A stretch of DNA of 64,000 nt from Acidobacteriota bacterium (GCA_046732715.1 JBKPNQ010000138.1:4397-68396), one strand, 5' to 3'; shown: positions 18,064-27,418, counted from the stretch's first letter. Notes: generated from the sequence alone by a model not told the origin. Translations and numbers: made by a program.

Positions 18064-18558
18064 CTATCTGTTTAATCCGCCAACCCAACCCACCCCGCGG
18101 CCCGTCACTTGCCGAATCCGCTCGGCGAGCTGGCCAGTATGGTGCTGGATGTGCCGCAGACTGACAAGCTGATGCTCGAGTTTGGACATTTTGTACCACG
18201 GGAAGCCGCTATCGGGCGAGGTGAGATCCAGGCGATCGACTGCCGCGTCGATGGTCGCCTCGCAACGCGCGCCGTAGGCTCTGACCTCGTCAATTGAATA
18301 CGGAGTGAGCGCACGCGCGGCTTCTGGACCTGAGGGAAAGAAGTTGGATTTCGGACGATGGTGCTCCCATGCGACGAATGTCGACTCGGACGGCTCGAGA
18401 TACAGGTGGGTGTAGAAAAGCGTGTGGTACGCGACCTGCCAGAACTGGTTGACGTATGAACCGTCGGTCCACAGCTCCGCCGGGCACGCATCGATGGCTT
18501 CGCGCAGCATCGCCAGCGACGCGTGATACTGGCTTTTGAGCGCATCGTGAAGACTCAT
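18064..18558 (-). CDS. DinB family protein
   Basis: Internal ATG 18558 (MSLHDALKSQYHASLAML...). HQLVSLRHIQHHTGQL is a typical DinB His triad region. Confidence 0.8.
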   Translation of the reverse strand: MSLHDALKSQYHASLAMLREAIDACPAELWTDGSYVNQFWQVAYHTLFYTHLYLEPSESTFVAWEHHRPKSNFFPSGPEAARALTPYSIDEVRAYGARCEATIDAAVDRLDLTSPDSGFPWYKMSKLEHQLVSLRHIQHHTGQLAERIRQVTGRGVGWVGGLNR

Positions 18559-18635
18559 GGTGTTCCGGCTCCTTGTTGGTGGCGAATTCCGGGAGCGATC
18601 GGCCTGATTCGTGTTGCCTTTCCGTGTGGCGGCGA

Positions 18636-19037
18636 CTACAACTCGATGTAGACGAAGCGGGCAAGCGCCATGCCGAACGCGAAAATCGCTCCCGCGCCGA
18701 ACGAGAACAAGACCGGTCTGCGTCGTCGGCGTTGCTCCCATGCATCACCCACGCGGTTCATGACGAGTCCTGTTGCGATCGGTGCCACGATCAAGCTCAC
18801 ACCGGGCAATAGGGAGTGTGGCGTCAATCGGTGCCCGATAATCAGTATGCTGACCGCGCCAGCGAAAGCCCCTATGAAAAAGCAGGCTCCGTACGTCCAT
18901 GCCTGGCTTTCAGGACCGACTGACTTTCCTGCCTCGAACAGCCACTCCCAGCCAAGGCTAATGAAGAATTCGAAGACGACTTCACCGATGACCTGGGCGA
19001 CGATCTGCAAGAGTAGTTCGAGAAGCGATTCGATCAT
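18636..19037 (-). CDS. Hypothetical membrane protein
   Basis: 133 aa, 3-4 TM helices, ATG start. No family recognised. Confidence 0.5.
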   Translation of the reverse strand: MIESLLELLLQIVAQVIGEVVFEFFISLGWEWLFEAGKSVGPESQAWTYGACFFIGAFAGAVSILIIGHRLTPHSLLPGVSLIVAPIATGLVMNRVGDAWEQRRRRRPVLFSFGAGAIFAFGMALARFVYIEL

Positions 19038-19066
19038 GAGGAACCGGCACAGTTACTGAGCGCCAT

Positions 19067-20380
19067 TCAAAACGACGACGGCGGCTGGCATCCTGCCCGT
19101 GTCGTTTGACGAACGATCTCGACCCGTCGATTTGCCGCCCGATGCTCCTCTACATCGTCGCTCCAGAGCGGCCGCGTAGCGCCACACCCAAGCGCTTGCA
19201 CTCGCTCTCTGGCTACGCCGCGAGAAGCAAGCCAATCCCTCACGACTTCTGCTCTATCGATACCGAGCTCCGTCGGATTCGGCTCTCGATCGTCCGCGAA
19301 CCCCTTGATCAACACCTGCAGGTCAGCATGTCGTCTCAGCTCCGACAAGACCTCTGACAAGGGTGCCATCGATCCACTCGTCAAGAACGGGACCGAAGCG
19401 TCGAACCGGATTTTTGCGCCCCGGAACGCGAGCGTCGCCTCGGCAAGCGAACGCCGTCGCACCATCTCATCGCGACGCCGGGATGGATCACTCAAGGATG
19501 GCGCAGGTTGGAATGTCAGCGGCGCAGGGCTCAGATACGCGAGGGCGTCGACGTCGTCCTCGACGTGACCGCGAGAGAAGTGCCAGCCGAGTTGACTGAC
19601 ATCGAGACGTCCCAGCCACGTTCCTCTGATCGAGGCGGCCGATGGAGTCGGCCATGACCCAAGCCGCAACGCAATCGAGGGCTCCATCGTGCCGACATCG
19701 ACCACCGAAACGACGTGGGTCTGCCCTGGCCATCTGGCATCGAGAAGATGGATCAGGCTGTTTGGAAACACGACCCGCCGCGCGATATGTGCACCACCAA
19801 CAAACACCAGCGCCTTCCGTCCCGCAGCGCGCACACGCTTCTCGACAACCCAGGCAAAATGGGCGTCGCGCCAATCGTTCATATCGTCGTCGGCCGGGCT
19901 CGTCACTCTGGCCCAATCAATCGGGGGGTCGCCGAGCAAGACTCGAAATCGCTTCGCCGCCGGCAATGTCGCGTTGACAGCACGAATGTCGGTGAGCATT
20001 TCCTCGTACATCGGCAGCGACCAGATACCATTGATCTGCGTCGTCTCCTCCCACGTTCCGCGCAACAGGTCACGCTGAACAGCGTCGCCGGCGACGTACC
20101 GGTCCACGACGCTCTGGTAGCGAGCGTTTCCGAACTCGATGACGATGTCGTTGACCTTGCCCGCGAAGCCGGGCTGACGAATCACCCGGGCGAGAAGGTT
20201 CTTCGACTCGGTGTTGCCGTGCATCTCGCTGAGCGCCACGATCGGATAGCGATCAAACGCGCGCGTGATGTACTCGGCCGCGGGCTGCGGGCTCGGGCCG
20301 CGCTCCGGACGTTCCAATCGCGGGGATGTCGTGCATCCGGCAAGACAGCAGATGCTCAGCAGGACGGAGGATCGAATCAT
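19067..20380 (-). CDS. Lipoprotein: ChaN/Tiki-like N-terminal domain fused to an OmpA-like C-terminal domain
   Basis: ATG 20380. MIRSSVLLSICCLAGC carries a lipobox. PIVALSEMHGN...FVGGAHI is ChaN/Tiki-like. The C-terminus NRRVEIV is an OmpA_C-type peptidoglycan-binding motif. Confidence 0.7.
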   Translation of the reverse strand: MIRSSVLLSICCLAGCTTSPRLERPERGPSPQPAAEYITRAFDRYPIVALSEMHGNTESKNLLARVIRQPGFAGKVNDIVIEFGNARYQSVVDRYVAGDAVQRDLLRGTWEETTQINGIWSLPMYEEMLTDIRAVNATLPAAKRFRVLLGDPPIDWARVTSPADDDMNDWRDAHFAWVVEKRVRAAGRKALVFVGGAHIARRVVFPNSLIHLLDARWPGQTHVVSVVDVGTMEPSIALRLGSWPTPSAASIRGTWLGRLDVSQLGWHFSRGHVEDDVDALAYLSPAPLTFQPAPSLSDPSRRRDEMVRRRSLAEATLAFRGAKIRFDASVPFLTSGSMAPLSEVLSELRRHADLQVLIKGFADDREPNPTELGIDRAEVVRDWLASRGVARERVQALGCGATRPLWSDDVEEHRAANRRVEIVRQTTRAGCQPPSSF

Positions 20381-20532
20381 CCGGCGCGTCCGGAACGGAA
20401 CTGCTGCCGACACTCGCTCGTTCGCTCGCGTCGTTGGAAGCATGCCATCAATGCTCGATAGCGCCAGCCGAGGCGGCCCGTGATCGCACTTGCCTCCCCG
20501 GCTGACAACGGCATCCTAATAGATGTCGAGCG

Positions 20533-20904
20533 TCACTTTGTCGCGAGGGCGAAGTGGGGATTCTCGATCAACCCGATTGGGTTATCGAATGGATCGGTCA
20601 CCGTCGCGACCTTGATGCCGTCGCCGACGTCATGTATCGGCGACACCACGGACGCGCCCGACGCCGTAAAGTGTTGGACGGCGCGCTCGATGTCGTCGAC
20701 GCGCCAGTACGCCACGGATCCGCCACGACCAGCCGGATTCACGCGCGTATTCGGATCGAGTCCCAGCTCATAACCAGCGATGCTGAACCCGACATAGAAC
20801 GGTTGGTCGAAGTACGGTTGCTGTTGAAACGCGGCGGAGTACCACGCCTTTGCCCGATCCAAATCCGGAACGTGATAGATGGCCGTGCCCAATCCCTTCA
20901 CCAT
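20533..20904 (-). CDS. VOC (glyoxalase/bleomycin resistance/dioxygenase) family protein
   Basis: 123 aa. AIYHVPDLDRAKAWYSAAF...VTDPFDNPIGLIENP. Confidence 0.85.
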   Translation of the reverse strand: MVKGLGTAIYHVPDLDRAKAWYSAAFQQQPYFDQPFYVGFSIAGYELGLDPNTRVNPAGRGGSVAYWRVDDIERAVQHFTASGASVVSPIHDVGDGIKVATVTDPFDNPIGLIENPHFALATK

Positions 20905-20931
20905 GACAAACCTCCGGCTACCGGCGAACGG

Positions 20932-21156
20932 TCAGGCGTGCCCAGACCGCAGACGGATCCTGCGAACGCGCTGTGCGAGTGAACGGGTCGAGGAATTCGA
21001 TCGTTCGTGGGGCATCGCACACACCTTCACCGTGTGCTCGCTGATGCCTACATCCACGAACTCGGCGAGAGCGAATCGCAGGTAGGGGCCCGGCTGAAAA
21101 CGATGGACCCCGCTAGGTACGCAGCCGAGAATATCACGTTCACGTGGGCCGCACAT
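20932..21156 (-). CDS. Possible small GerE/LuxR-type HTH protein, or a decayed remnant of one
   Basis: 74 aa. PRERDILGCV...GISEHTVKV resembles LuxR C-terminal HTH signatures, but with an atypical insertion. It sits alone in a 525-nt gap. Confidence 0.3.
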   Translation of the reverse strand: MCGPRERDILGCVPSGVHRFQPGPYLRFALAEFVDVGISEHTVKVCAMPHERSNSSTRSLAQRVRRIRLRSGHA

Positions 21157-21391
21157 CCGCCTTAGCGCGCTTGCTCGCCGGCGCCGTTATCGGTGCCGAG
21201 ACTTTTGGCGATGGGTTCTAGCCAGACGAATCGGCCGCCGCGTACACGCTGCACCGTGCGGTAACAAGAAAAGGGAGCGGCATGCCGGAAGCTTAAACCA
21301 GCCGCCGTCCTCCGAGGACACCGCGCACTCTGCTGATGACAGCGACCGCCAAAAACAACGCCCGGATCGTGTGAGTCGCGTGGTACTTCAA

Positions 21392-21420
21392 TTGCACGGC
21401 CTTTCGCGATCCTCTATCTG
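21392..21420 (+). promoter_or_regulatory. Candidate sigma70-type promoter (TTGCAC-17-TATCTG) 9 nt before ATG 21430
   Basis: Hexamers and spacing read directly from the sequence. Implies a very short or absent leader. Confidence 0.25.
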
Positions 21421-21429
21421 GAGAACCCG

Positions 21430-22335
21430 ATGCTCCCCGACGCCGTGTCCGTTCGCCTCGCACTCTGCTTGCTTTCGCTCAGCCTGATTGTCCCCGTTGC
21501 CGCAGCACAGCAACGCACTGATTTCGGTACGCTTTCCATACAGGTTCGTCCGCCTGACGCAGAAGTTTTTATCGACGGAGAACGTTGGACCGGATCAGGA
21601 GAGAAGGGTCCTCTTCAGGTGCAGTTATCGCCCGGCACTCACCGGGTGGAGATCCGTTCTCCCGGCCGTCAAACGTTTAGTCGCGATATCACCATCCGCT
21701 CGGAGGAAACAACGCCGCTGAACGTCGCACTGACTCAAGGGGACGCGTCAGACGCACCGCCCTCACCGCCGCCCTTCGAACATCGGCCTCCCACCGCCCA
21801 ATCACCGAGTTCGTCGCCCAGCGGCATCGTCAGAACCGCCGATGAAGATGGATTCGTAATAGCGCCCGATTATCGCGTCACGGAAATCAATCACCACACG
21901 GCTCAGATGGTCGGGGCCTATGGCGGATATGTGTTCGCGAAGCAACTTCTGATTGGAGCGGGCGGATATTGGCAGGCCGACTCGACCGACGGTGCGCGCA
22001 TGTTCTACACCGGTCCCGTGGTCGAGTGGCGGCTGTTCCCCGACCGCACGGTTGGTTTGAACCTGCACGGCCTCGTCGGAGGAGGCTGGCGCTACCTCGA
22101 TGACGACTTCTACTATTGGCAGACCAGAAGCAACCGCTTCCTGCCGCCGCCCGGTACGCGTCCGCTGCCGCACGGATGGTACAACGACGGCTTCTTCGTC
22201 GCCGAGCCCGAGGCACAAGTTGTCGTGCGACTTGGATCATGGGCCCGCGTGCAAGGCGGCGCCGGATATCGCGCAACGTCGACCGATGGCTTGAGCGGCG
22301 CGAGCGGCAGCGTCAGCGTACAGTTCGGGCGCTGA
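21430..22335 (+). CDS. PEGA domain-containing secreted protein
   Basis: 301 aa with a signal peptide. LSIQVRPPDAEVFIDGERWTG...LSPGTHRVEIRSPGRQTF is a PEGA-type domain. The C-terminal half is Gly/Tyr-rich and looks like beta strands. Confidence 0.7.
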   Translation: MLPDAVSVRLALCLLSLSLIVPVAAAQQRTDFGTLSIQVRPPDAEVFIDGERWTGSGEKGPLQVQLSPGTHRVEIRSPGRQTFSRDITIRSEETTPLNVALTQGDASDAPPSPPPFEHRPPTAQSPSSSPSGIVRTADEDGFVIAPDYRVTEINHHTAQMVGAYGGYVFAKQLLIGAGGYWQADSTDGARMFYTGPVVEWRLFPDRTVGLNLHGLVGGGWRYLDDDFYYWQTRSNRFLPPPGTRPLPHGWYNDGFFVAEPEAQVVVRLGSWARVQGGAGYRATSTDGLSGASGSVSVQFGR

Positions 22336-22361
22336 ACTGCCGCCGGCAATCGTATCGAATC

Positions 22362-22685
22362 CTATGATCGAACGTTCCTCTGCTGCCTCTTTGGCGTGTC
22401 CCACCCGCCGGGAGGCAGATAGTGGAACCGGATCAAGTAAATGTTCTCCCCGCGGCCGTGGCGCGCGATTGCCAGCAAGTCATCGACGCTCTCGAAACCT
22501 GATTCACGCGCTAGATCGTAGGTAATGTCCTTCAGGCTGATCTCGTCGATTGAGTCGACGATGATCTGGCCGTCGTCCATTTGATAACGATTCCCGACCT
22601 TGACGTGGGGACGCGTCCAGACTCGAACGCTGCACCTGATTCTTCCCCGCCGGATTCCTTCACGAAGCCGCTTGGTGAAGACCAT
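22362..22685 (-). CDS. ASCH domain-containing protein
   Basis: Internal ATG 22685, 14 nt after the upstream stop. MVFTKRLREGIRRGRIRCSVRVW... Confidence 0.65.
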   Translation of the reverse strand: MVFTKRLREGIRRGRIRCSVRVWTRPHVKVGNRYQMDDGQIIVDSIDEISLKDITYDLARESGFESVDDLLAIARHGRGENIYLIRFHYLPPGGWDTPKRQQRNVRS

Positions 22686-22699
22686 CAACGAGCCAATGT

Positions 22700-23161
22700 C
22701 TAGGACGAAGCCACCAGGTAGAACACATCGGTGCGAATCTGGGATGGGTCGCTGTCCCACTCGCTCTTCCAGTGGCCGTAGATTTCCCATTTGGGCCCGG
22801 CAAGGCGGTGGTTCCGAGCGTTGCACCAATCGTGAACCGCCTGGTGCGCCGCGCCAAGGCCGGCGTACGGGCCGAGGTGCGTCACGGACGCAATCAGGCC
22901 GGCGGGCGTTGCCGAGCGGACGAGATCATCCTGTTCCGCGAAGGAACCGCTCAGTTCAACGCCAACCTCGAGGCGAATCGACTGGTCCCAGTAGATCGCC
23001 ACGTGACGGCCGCCTCTCAGCTGTTGTGCCTTGAGCGCGTTCCAAACCAGGCCGCAGCATTGAGGGACGAGCCGTGACAATTCGTCAGCACGTGCCTGGC
23101 GCCGGACAACCGCTACTGGAATGCTGTCGCGTTGCTGAAACTGCACTACGTAGTCCGACAT
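22700..23161 (-). CDS. GyrI-like small-molecule-binding domain protein
   Basis: 153 aa. VTHLGPYAGLGAAHQAVHDWC...GPKWEIY is typical of the GyrI-like/AraC effector-binding fold. Confidence 0.8.
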   Translation of the reverse strand: MSDYVVQFQQRDSIPVAVVRRQARADELSRLVPQCCGLVWNALKAQQLRGGRHVAIYWDQSIRLEVGVELSGSFAEQDDLVRSATPAGLIASVTHLGPYAGLGAAHQAVHDWCNARNHRLAGPKWEIYGHWKSEWDSDPSQIRTDVFYLVASS

Positions 23162-23191
23162 GCTTCTCTCCGGGAAGAACGCTCCGTTGAT

Positions 23192-23695
23192 TCAGCGTGG
23201 GCTCAGCCGCATCTCGTTCGTTGCCACGAACCCGAGACGCTCGTACAGGCGTCGGCCGTCGGCGGAGGCGTGGAGCACGACGCGACGGATGCCACGCTCG
23301 TCAAGCGAGTCCATAAGCGCACGCATCAGCGCTTCCGCGACACCGCGTCGTCGCCAGGCTGGCTCTACGTAGACATTCAGGACGATCGCTTCTGGACCGA
23401 GCTCTAATCCGTCACTGCCGGTGCGCGGCCGCGGCAGAATCGGCCGGAGCTGCACGCCAGCTCCGCCGATGACCGAAGGCGGCGTCCCCTCATGCGGCTC
23501 CGCGACCCAAGCCAGATACTCGCCGCGTGGCAGCGCGTCGCACAGGTACGACGCGGTCGCGCGTGCCAGCGCCTCCTCCTGGTGAGATGCCAGCTGACCC
23601 ATGTCGCGAAACATCGCGGCACGATGCCGTGCGATCGCGTCGATGTCGGACGTATCGGCCTTTCGCACCGCGAAGCGTGACTGCTGACGTGTCAT
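23192..23695 (-). CDS. GNAT family N-acetyltransferase
   Basis: Internal ATG 23695 (MTRQQSRFAVRKADTSDIDAI...). VYVEPAWRRRGVAEALM...LYERLGF. Confidence 0.8.
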   Translation of the reverse strand: MTRQQSRFAVRKADTSDIDAIARHRAAMFRDMGQLASHQEEALARATASYLCDALPRGEYLAWVAEPHEGTPPSVIGGAGVQLRPILPRPRTGSDGLELGPEAIVLNVYVEPAWRRRGVAEALMRALMDSLDERGIRRVVLHASADGRRLYERLGFVATNEMRLSPR

Positions 23696-23720
23696 TGTTG
23701 AAACGACGCGGACTGGGCCA

Positions 23721-24110
23721 CTATTCCTGCTGCCGCTCGCCGAACCAGTAGCACAGGCCGTCAGGCGCGACGACGTAGAACACTCTCCACCTCGCACCAC
23801 CATGCTCTTCGACCGTGAAGTCGGAGAGTTCTTTCTGGAGCCCATTGGCCTTGAACTCGGCGAACAATGACTCCAGCCCCTTCACATGAAACGCACAACC
23901 ATCCTGTGACGAGTCGCCGCCATTCTCCGCCAGTCTCATCTGCACCTGGTCACGGGCCAGGACAGCCGACGGCGGCGGCGTCGCGCCGCGTGATTCGATC
24001 CGGAAACCCAGCACCTTTTCGTAGAAAGGCAGCGCCGCGGCGACGTCGGCGACGGGAAGATTCATGTTGTCGCCCTGATAGCCAAACGCCTTCTCGAGCG
24101 TTCCCTTCAT
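23721..24110 (-). CDS. VOC family protein (bleomycin-resistance-like)
   Basis: 129 aa. LPVADVAAALPFYEKVLGF...FYVVAPDGLCYWF. Confidence 0.8.
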   Translation of the reverse strand: MKGTLEKAFGYQGDNMNLPVADVAAALPFYEKVLGFRIESRGATPPPSAVLARDQVQMRLAENGGDSSQDGCAFHVKGLESLFAEFKANGLQKELSDFTVEEHGGARWRVFYVVAPDGLCYWFGERQQE

Positions 24111-24125
24111 CGCCCCTCCGTTTTC

Positions 24126-24602
24126 TCACGCCTCGGCATGTCGGCGCGAAATGACGGTGATCGCACCGTTGTTCTCCAGGATCGCGCTCTGCACTTCGTC
24201 GACGCACGCGTGACCGCTCTGTCGAAGCGCAGCATCGAGCTCGTGATGCGTGACCATCGCGTCGGCCAAGACATCCTTCAGCACGTGGCCGTTATGGATG
24301 ATCAAAAGCGGTCTGCCCTCGATTAGAGCCTCGATGCGCTTGCTTTTGAAGGTCGCGTAGCCGACCAGGTAGTTGAGCGTCACGAGCGTGACCGCCGAGA
24401 TCAGACCGCCGGGGAGCGAGTTGTCGCCGCCATTCATTGAGTTCTGGACGGCATTGGATAACACCAGAAGAAGGACGAGATCGAACGGCGCAAGCTGGCC
24501 GACCTGACGCTTGCCAGTCACGCGAAGGATGACGATGAGCGCCGAGTACACGACGGCGCTGCGGAGAACGAGCTCCAACCAGTGCACGGACATATTTAGC
24601 AT
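24126..24602 (-). CDS. DUF421 (YetF-like) membrane protein
   Basis: 158 aa. RVTGKRQVGQLAPFDLVLLLVLSNAVQN is the DUF421 signature. Confidence 0.85.
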   Translation of the reverse strand: MLNMSVHWLELVLRSAVVYSALIVILRVTGKRQVGQLAPFDLVLLLVLSNAVQNSMNGGDNSLPGGLISAVTLVTLNYLVGYATFKSKRIEALIEGRPLLIIHNGHVLKDVLADAMVTHHELDAALRQSGHACVDEVQSAILENNGAITVISRRHAEA

Positions 24603-24652
24603 GAGTCACCTATCGGAATGAACCATCGCGTAGGTATAACTGCCCCGACTCC

Positions 24653-24687
24653 GATCAATCAGCAATCAGCAATCAACATCAGCATTG
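24653..24687. repeat. Heptamer tandem array, about 5 units (AGCAATC type)
   Basis: gatcaatc agcaatc agcaatc aacatc agcattg, directly after the pcm stop. Confidence 0.75.
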
Positions 24688-25410
24688 CTACGACCGCTTG
24701 CCGGTCATCGGCACGAACCGCACGGGCAGCGTCGTGATCGTCTCCAAGCCTGTCGGCAGCCGCCGCAAGATTCGCAGCTGCTGATCGTCAACGCCGACCG
24801 GGATCGCCATCAAGCCGCCGATTTTCAGTTGCTCGATGAGCGCGGGAGGCACCTCGTCGGGAGCCGCGGTCACGATGATGCGATCGTAGGGCGCATGCTC
24901 CGGCCAACCGAGATAGCCATTCCCGGCGCGCACCTGGATATTTCGATAGCCGAGGTCGGTCAGCGTCGCGCGGGCCCGGTCGGCCAGCGGCTCGATGATC
25001 TCGATCGAAAATACCTCTTTCGCCAAGACGCTCAGCACGGCGGCCTGGTACCCCGACCCCGTGCCGATCTCCAGCACGCGATCGCCTGGTCCCACATCCA
25101 ATGCCTGGGTCATGAACGCCACGATGTAGGGCTGGGAGATCGTTTGCCCGTTGCCGATGGGCACGGGGAAGTCCCCGTAGGCACCGCCGCGCGCGGATTC
25201 GGGAATGAACAGGTGCCGCGGGACTTTCAGCATCGCGTCAAGGACGCGCTCGCTCCGAATGTCCCGGGCCCTGAGCTGTTCGTTGACCATGCGCGTGCGG
25301 TCCTCTTGCCAGTCGCGCACGTCGGTCTGAGCCGCGCAGGTGACCGCAAGCGACGTCAACGCCAAGACGAGAAGAGCCGCGAACGAATGCCACTCGCGAC
25401 ACATGGTCAT
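24688..25410 (-). CDS. pcm: Protein-L-isoaspartate O-methyltransferase (with an N-terminal signal-like segment)
   Basis: QTISQPYIVAFMTQAL...VLEIGTGSGYQAAVLS. ATG 25410 lies 5 nt after GGAG. The track start GTG 25416 falls inside the leader element. Confidence 0.85.
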   Translation of the reverse strand: MTMCREWHSFAALLVLALTSLAVTCAAQTDVRDWQEDRTRMVNEQLRARDIRSERVLDAMLKVPRHLFIPESARGGAYGDFPVPIGNGQTISQPYIVAFMTQALDVGPGDRVLEIGTGSGYQAAVLSVLAKEVFSIEIIEPLADRARATLTDLGYRNIQVRAGNGYLGWPEHAPYDRIIVTAAPDEVPPALIEQLKIGGLMAIPVGVDDQQLRILRRLPTGLETITTLPVRFVPMTGKRS

Positions 25411-25457
25411 GATCACTCCGAGGGGCTTCGCGGCTCGGACTCCGCGACACGCCTCTA
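25411..25457 (-). repeat. 5'-leader hairpin element, copy P
   Basis: mRNA sense: GGCGTGTCGCGGAGTCCGAGCCGCGAAGCCCCTCGGAGTGATC-ATG(25410). Confidence 0.8.
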
Positions 25458-25461
25458 GTTT

Positions 25462-25998
25462 CTAGGTCGCTCCAGGAGCAGTGACCCGCGCATCGAAGAG
25501 TGGGCTCGCGATCAAGTCATGAAATCCCGGCTTGTAGCCCGCCTGCCGCACGAAGGCGGCGACGTGAGCCCAGTGCCGCAACTCGTGCGTCACGGCCTGA
25601 AGGATCATCTTGCGAGCGGTCACTATGCGGCTGTGGGTGCCAAACGACATCTCGCGCGGTGCCTCCCATTCCGAATCCGGGAACGACGCCAGCAGATCCC
25701 GCAGCGCGCGGCGGCTCTCGATCCCGAACGCAAACAGGGCCTCGACGTCGTCGGCAGCAATCGACGAGGTATCGGTTAGCGGTACCTGCAGGCAGCGCTC
25801 AACGTAACGCCTCTCTGCAGAGAATATGTGCCGAACCAGCTCGCCGACATTCCGGATGCGACCGCTGTTGTTGGGACCAAGATCGACGGACAGGGCACCC
25901 GGTCCGCTTTCGCGGAACCATCGGTGCCACTCCTCCCGTTCCCAATCAGAGTACGCCAGAAGATCGTCGAGCGTAAATGCAATCGCCATGATGGACAT
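25462..25998 (-). CDS. DinB family protein
   Basis: 178 aa. LVRHIFSAERRY...AVTHELRHWAHV. Confidence 0.8.
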   Translation of the reverse strand: MSIMAIAFTLDDLLAYSDWEREEWHRWFRESGPGALSVDLGPNNSGRIRNVGELVRHIFSAERRYVERCLQVPLTDTSSIAADDVEALFAFGIESRRALRDLLASFPDSEWEAPREMSFGTHSRIVTARKMILQAVTHELRHWAHVAAFVRQAGYKPGFHDLIASPLFDARVTAPGAT

Positions 25999-26005
25999 CG
26001 CCTCG

Positions 26006-26665
26006 TTATTTTCGCTTCGCTCTGGTTCGCTTTGCCGGCGGGCGCTTTTTTGAGAGTCCGCGCTTCTGGGCTGGTTGACTCTTCGCCGCTTGGCGAGACT
26101 TCTTCGCCGGTTCGACGTAGCGAATGCCGGCCGCCGACAGAGCGGCGCCGGCTACGGAATACGACAGCATCAGAATACCGCTGGCCGGCAGGAGCTTGTG
26201 GTCGGTCAGAACGAGCTTGGTCGTGCCGCCAGGGGGAAGAAGCGGGATGCCGGCTCCGAGCAGCACGGGCATCACCGCGATTTCCACCGAATCGACCACG
26301 CCCGCGTCGAGCAACGAACGGAAAAGCGATCCCCCTCCGAACAGCCAGATGTCCCGCCCCGGCTTCTCCTTGAGGGTCTTCACCACTCCACCGGGATCGT
26401 CGTTGAGGATCCGCACACCCTTGTGGGTGGTGGGTGGAAGCGATCGCGAGAAGACCACAACCTCGAGACCGGGCATCGCACCGCTCCCGCCCTGCGCGGC
26501 CGCGACCTCGTAGGTCTTGCGCCCCATTACGACGGTGTCAAATTCCTTGTAGAGCGCATTGAAGTCGATCGACGGATCCGTCACGATCCAGTCGTATTCA
26601 CCGTTCGGGCCAGCGATGAACCCGTCGAGGCTCGCGGCAACCTGGTAGCGCAGGCGTCTGGACAT
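26006..26665 (-). CDS. Dihydrofolate reductase-like (RibD C-terminal domain) protein with a Lys/Arg-rich tail
   Basis: ATG 26665. MSRRLRYQVAASLDGFIAGPNGEYDW...VMGRKTYE...WLFGGGSLF. The tail is PAKKSRQAAKSQPAQKRGLSKKRPPAKRTRAKRK. Confidence 0.8.
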   Translation of the reverse strand: MSRRLRYQVAASLDGFIAGPNGEYDWIVTDPSIDFNALYKEFDTVVMGRKTYEVAAAQGGSGAMPGLEVVVFSRSLPPTTHKGVRILNDDPGGVVKTLKEKPGRDIWLFGGGSLFRSLLDAGVVDSVEIAVMPVLLGAGIPLLPPGGTTKLVLTDHKLLPASGILMLSYSVAGAALSAAGIRYVEPAKKSRQAAKSQPAQKRGLSKKRPPAKRTRAKRK

Positions 26666-26761
26666 AAGTGTCTCTTTCTCGCCCATGATCGCACCCGCTG
26701 TCCCTGACCGCAATGCAGTTCAGTGCAGTCGCCTTGTCGCCGCAATCGGTCGCCGACCTCC

Positions 26762-26790
26762 TTGACAAAGACTCTGCCCGACTCTATCGT
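26762..26790 (+). promoter_or_regulatory. Candidate sigma70-type promoter (TTGACA-17-TATCGT)
   Basis: The -10 hexamer ends 17 nt before ATG 26808. GAGGG lies in the short leader. Confidence 0.35.
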
Positions 26791-26807
26791 CCGATCCGAG
26801 GGCCCAA

Positions 26808-27413
26808 ATGCTGGACAGCTGGCGGCTGAACGGACGAGTGCTCGTTTCCTGCAACTGCGACTGGGGCTGCCCGTGCAACTTCAACGCACGGCCGACGACC
26901 GGCAAGTGCGAAGGCGGCTGGACGTGGCACGTCGATCAGGGTTCGGCCGGCAACGTCAAGCTCGATGACCTGAACTTTTCCGTCTACGTCAATTGGCCCG
27001 CCGCGATCCACGAGGGGAACGGCGAAGGGGTCATTCTGATCGATGACCGGGCTGATGCGTCGCAGCGATCGGCCATCGAGGTCCTGCTCGGGGGCAAAGT
27101 CGGCGGTCCGTGGGGCGTGCTTGCGTGGACGTGGCCAAAGATCCACGGTCCGCATGCCGCCTCGTACGATCTGGTGCTCGACGGCGTCAAGTCCCGTCTG
27201 AAGTGCGGTGACCACGTCGAAGTCGAAGGGACGCCGATCAAGAATCCTGTCAACGGTGCTGAGGCCTATCCGGGCGTGGTGTTGCCTCAGGGCATCATCT
27301 TCAAGAAAGCCGATTTCGGAGCGACGTCACACTTTCGCGTATCTAGCGGAATCGAGTACGACCATTCAGGCAAATACCTGGCGGTCGCGCAATTCGACTA
27401 CGCGTGGCCGTAG
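26808..27413 (+). CDS. DUF1326 domain-containing protein
   Basis: 201 aa. The N-terminal Cys cluster SCNCDWGCPCNF is characteristic of DUF1326. Confidence 0.8.
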   Translation: MLDSWRLNGRVLVSCNCDWGCPCNFNARPTTGKCEGGWTWHVDQGSAGNVKLDDLNFSVYVNWPAAIHEGNGEGVILIDDRADASQRSAIEVLLGGKVGGPWGVLAWTWPKIHGPHAASYDLVLDGVKSRLKCGDHVEVEGTPIKNPVNGAEAYPGVVLPQGIIFKKADFGATSHFRVSSGIEYDHSGKYLAVAQFDYAWP

Positions 27414-27418
27414 AGACG

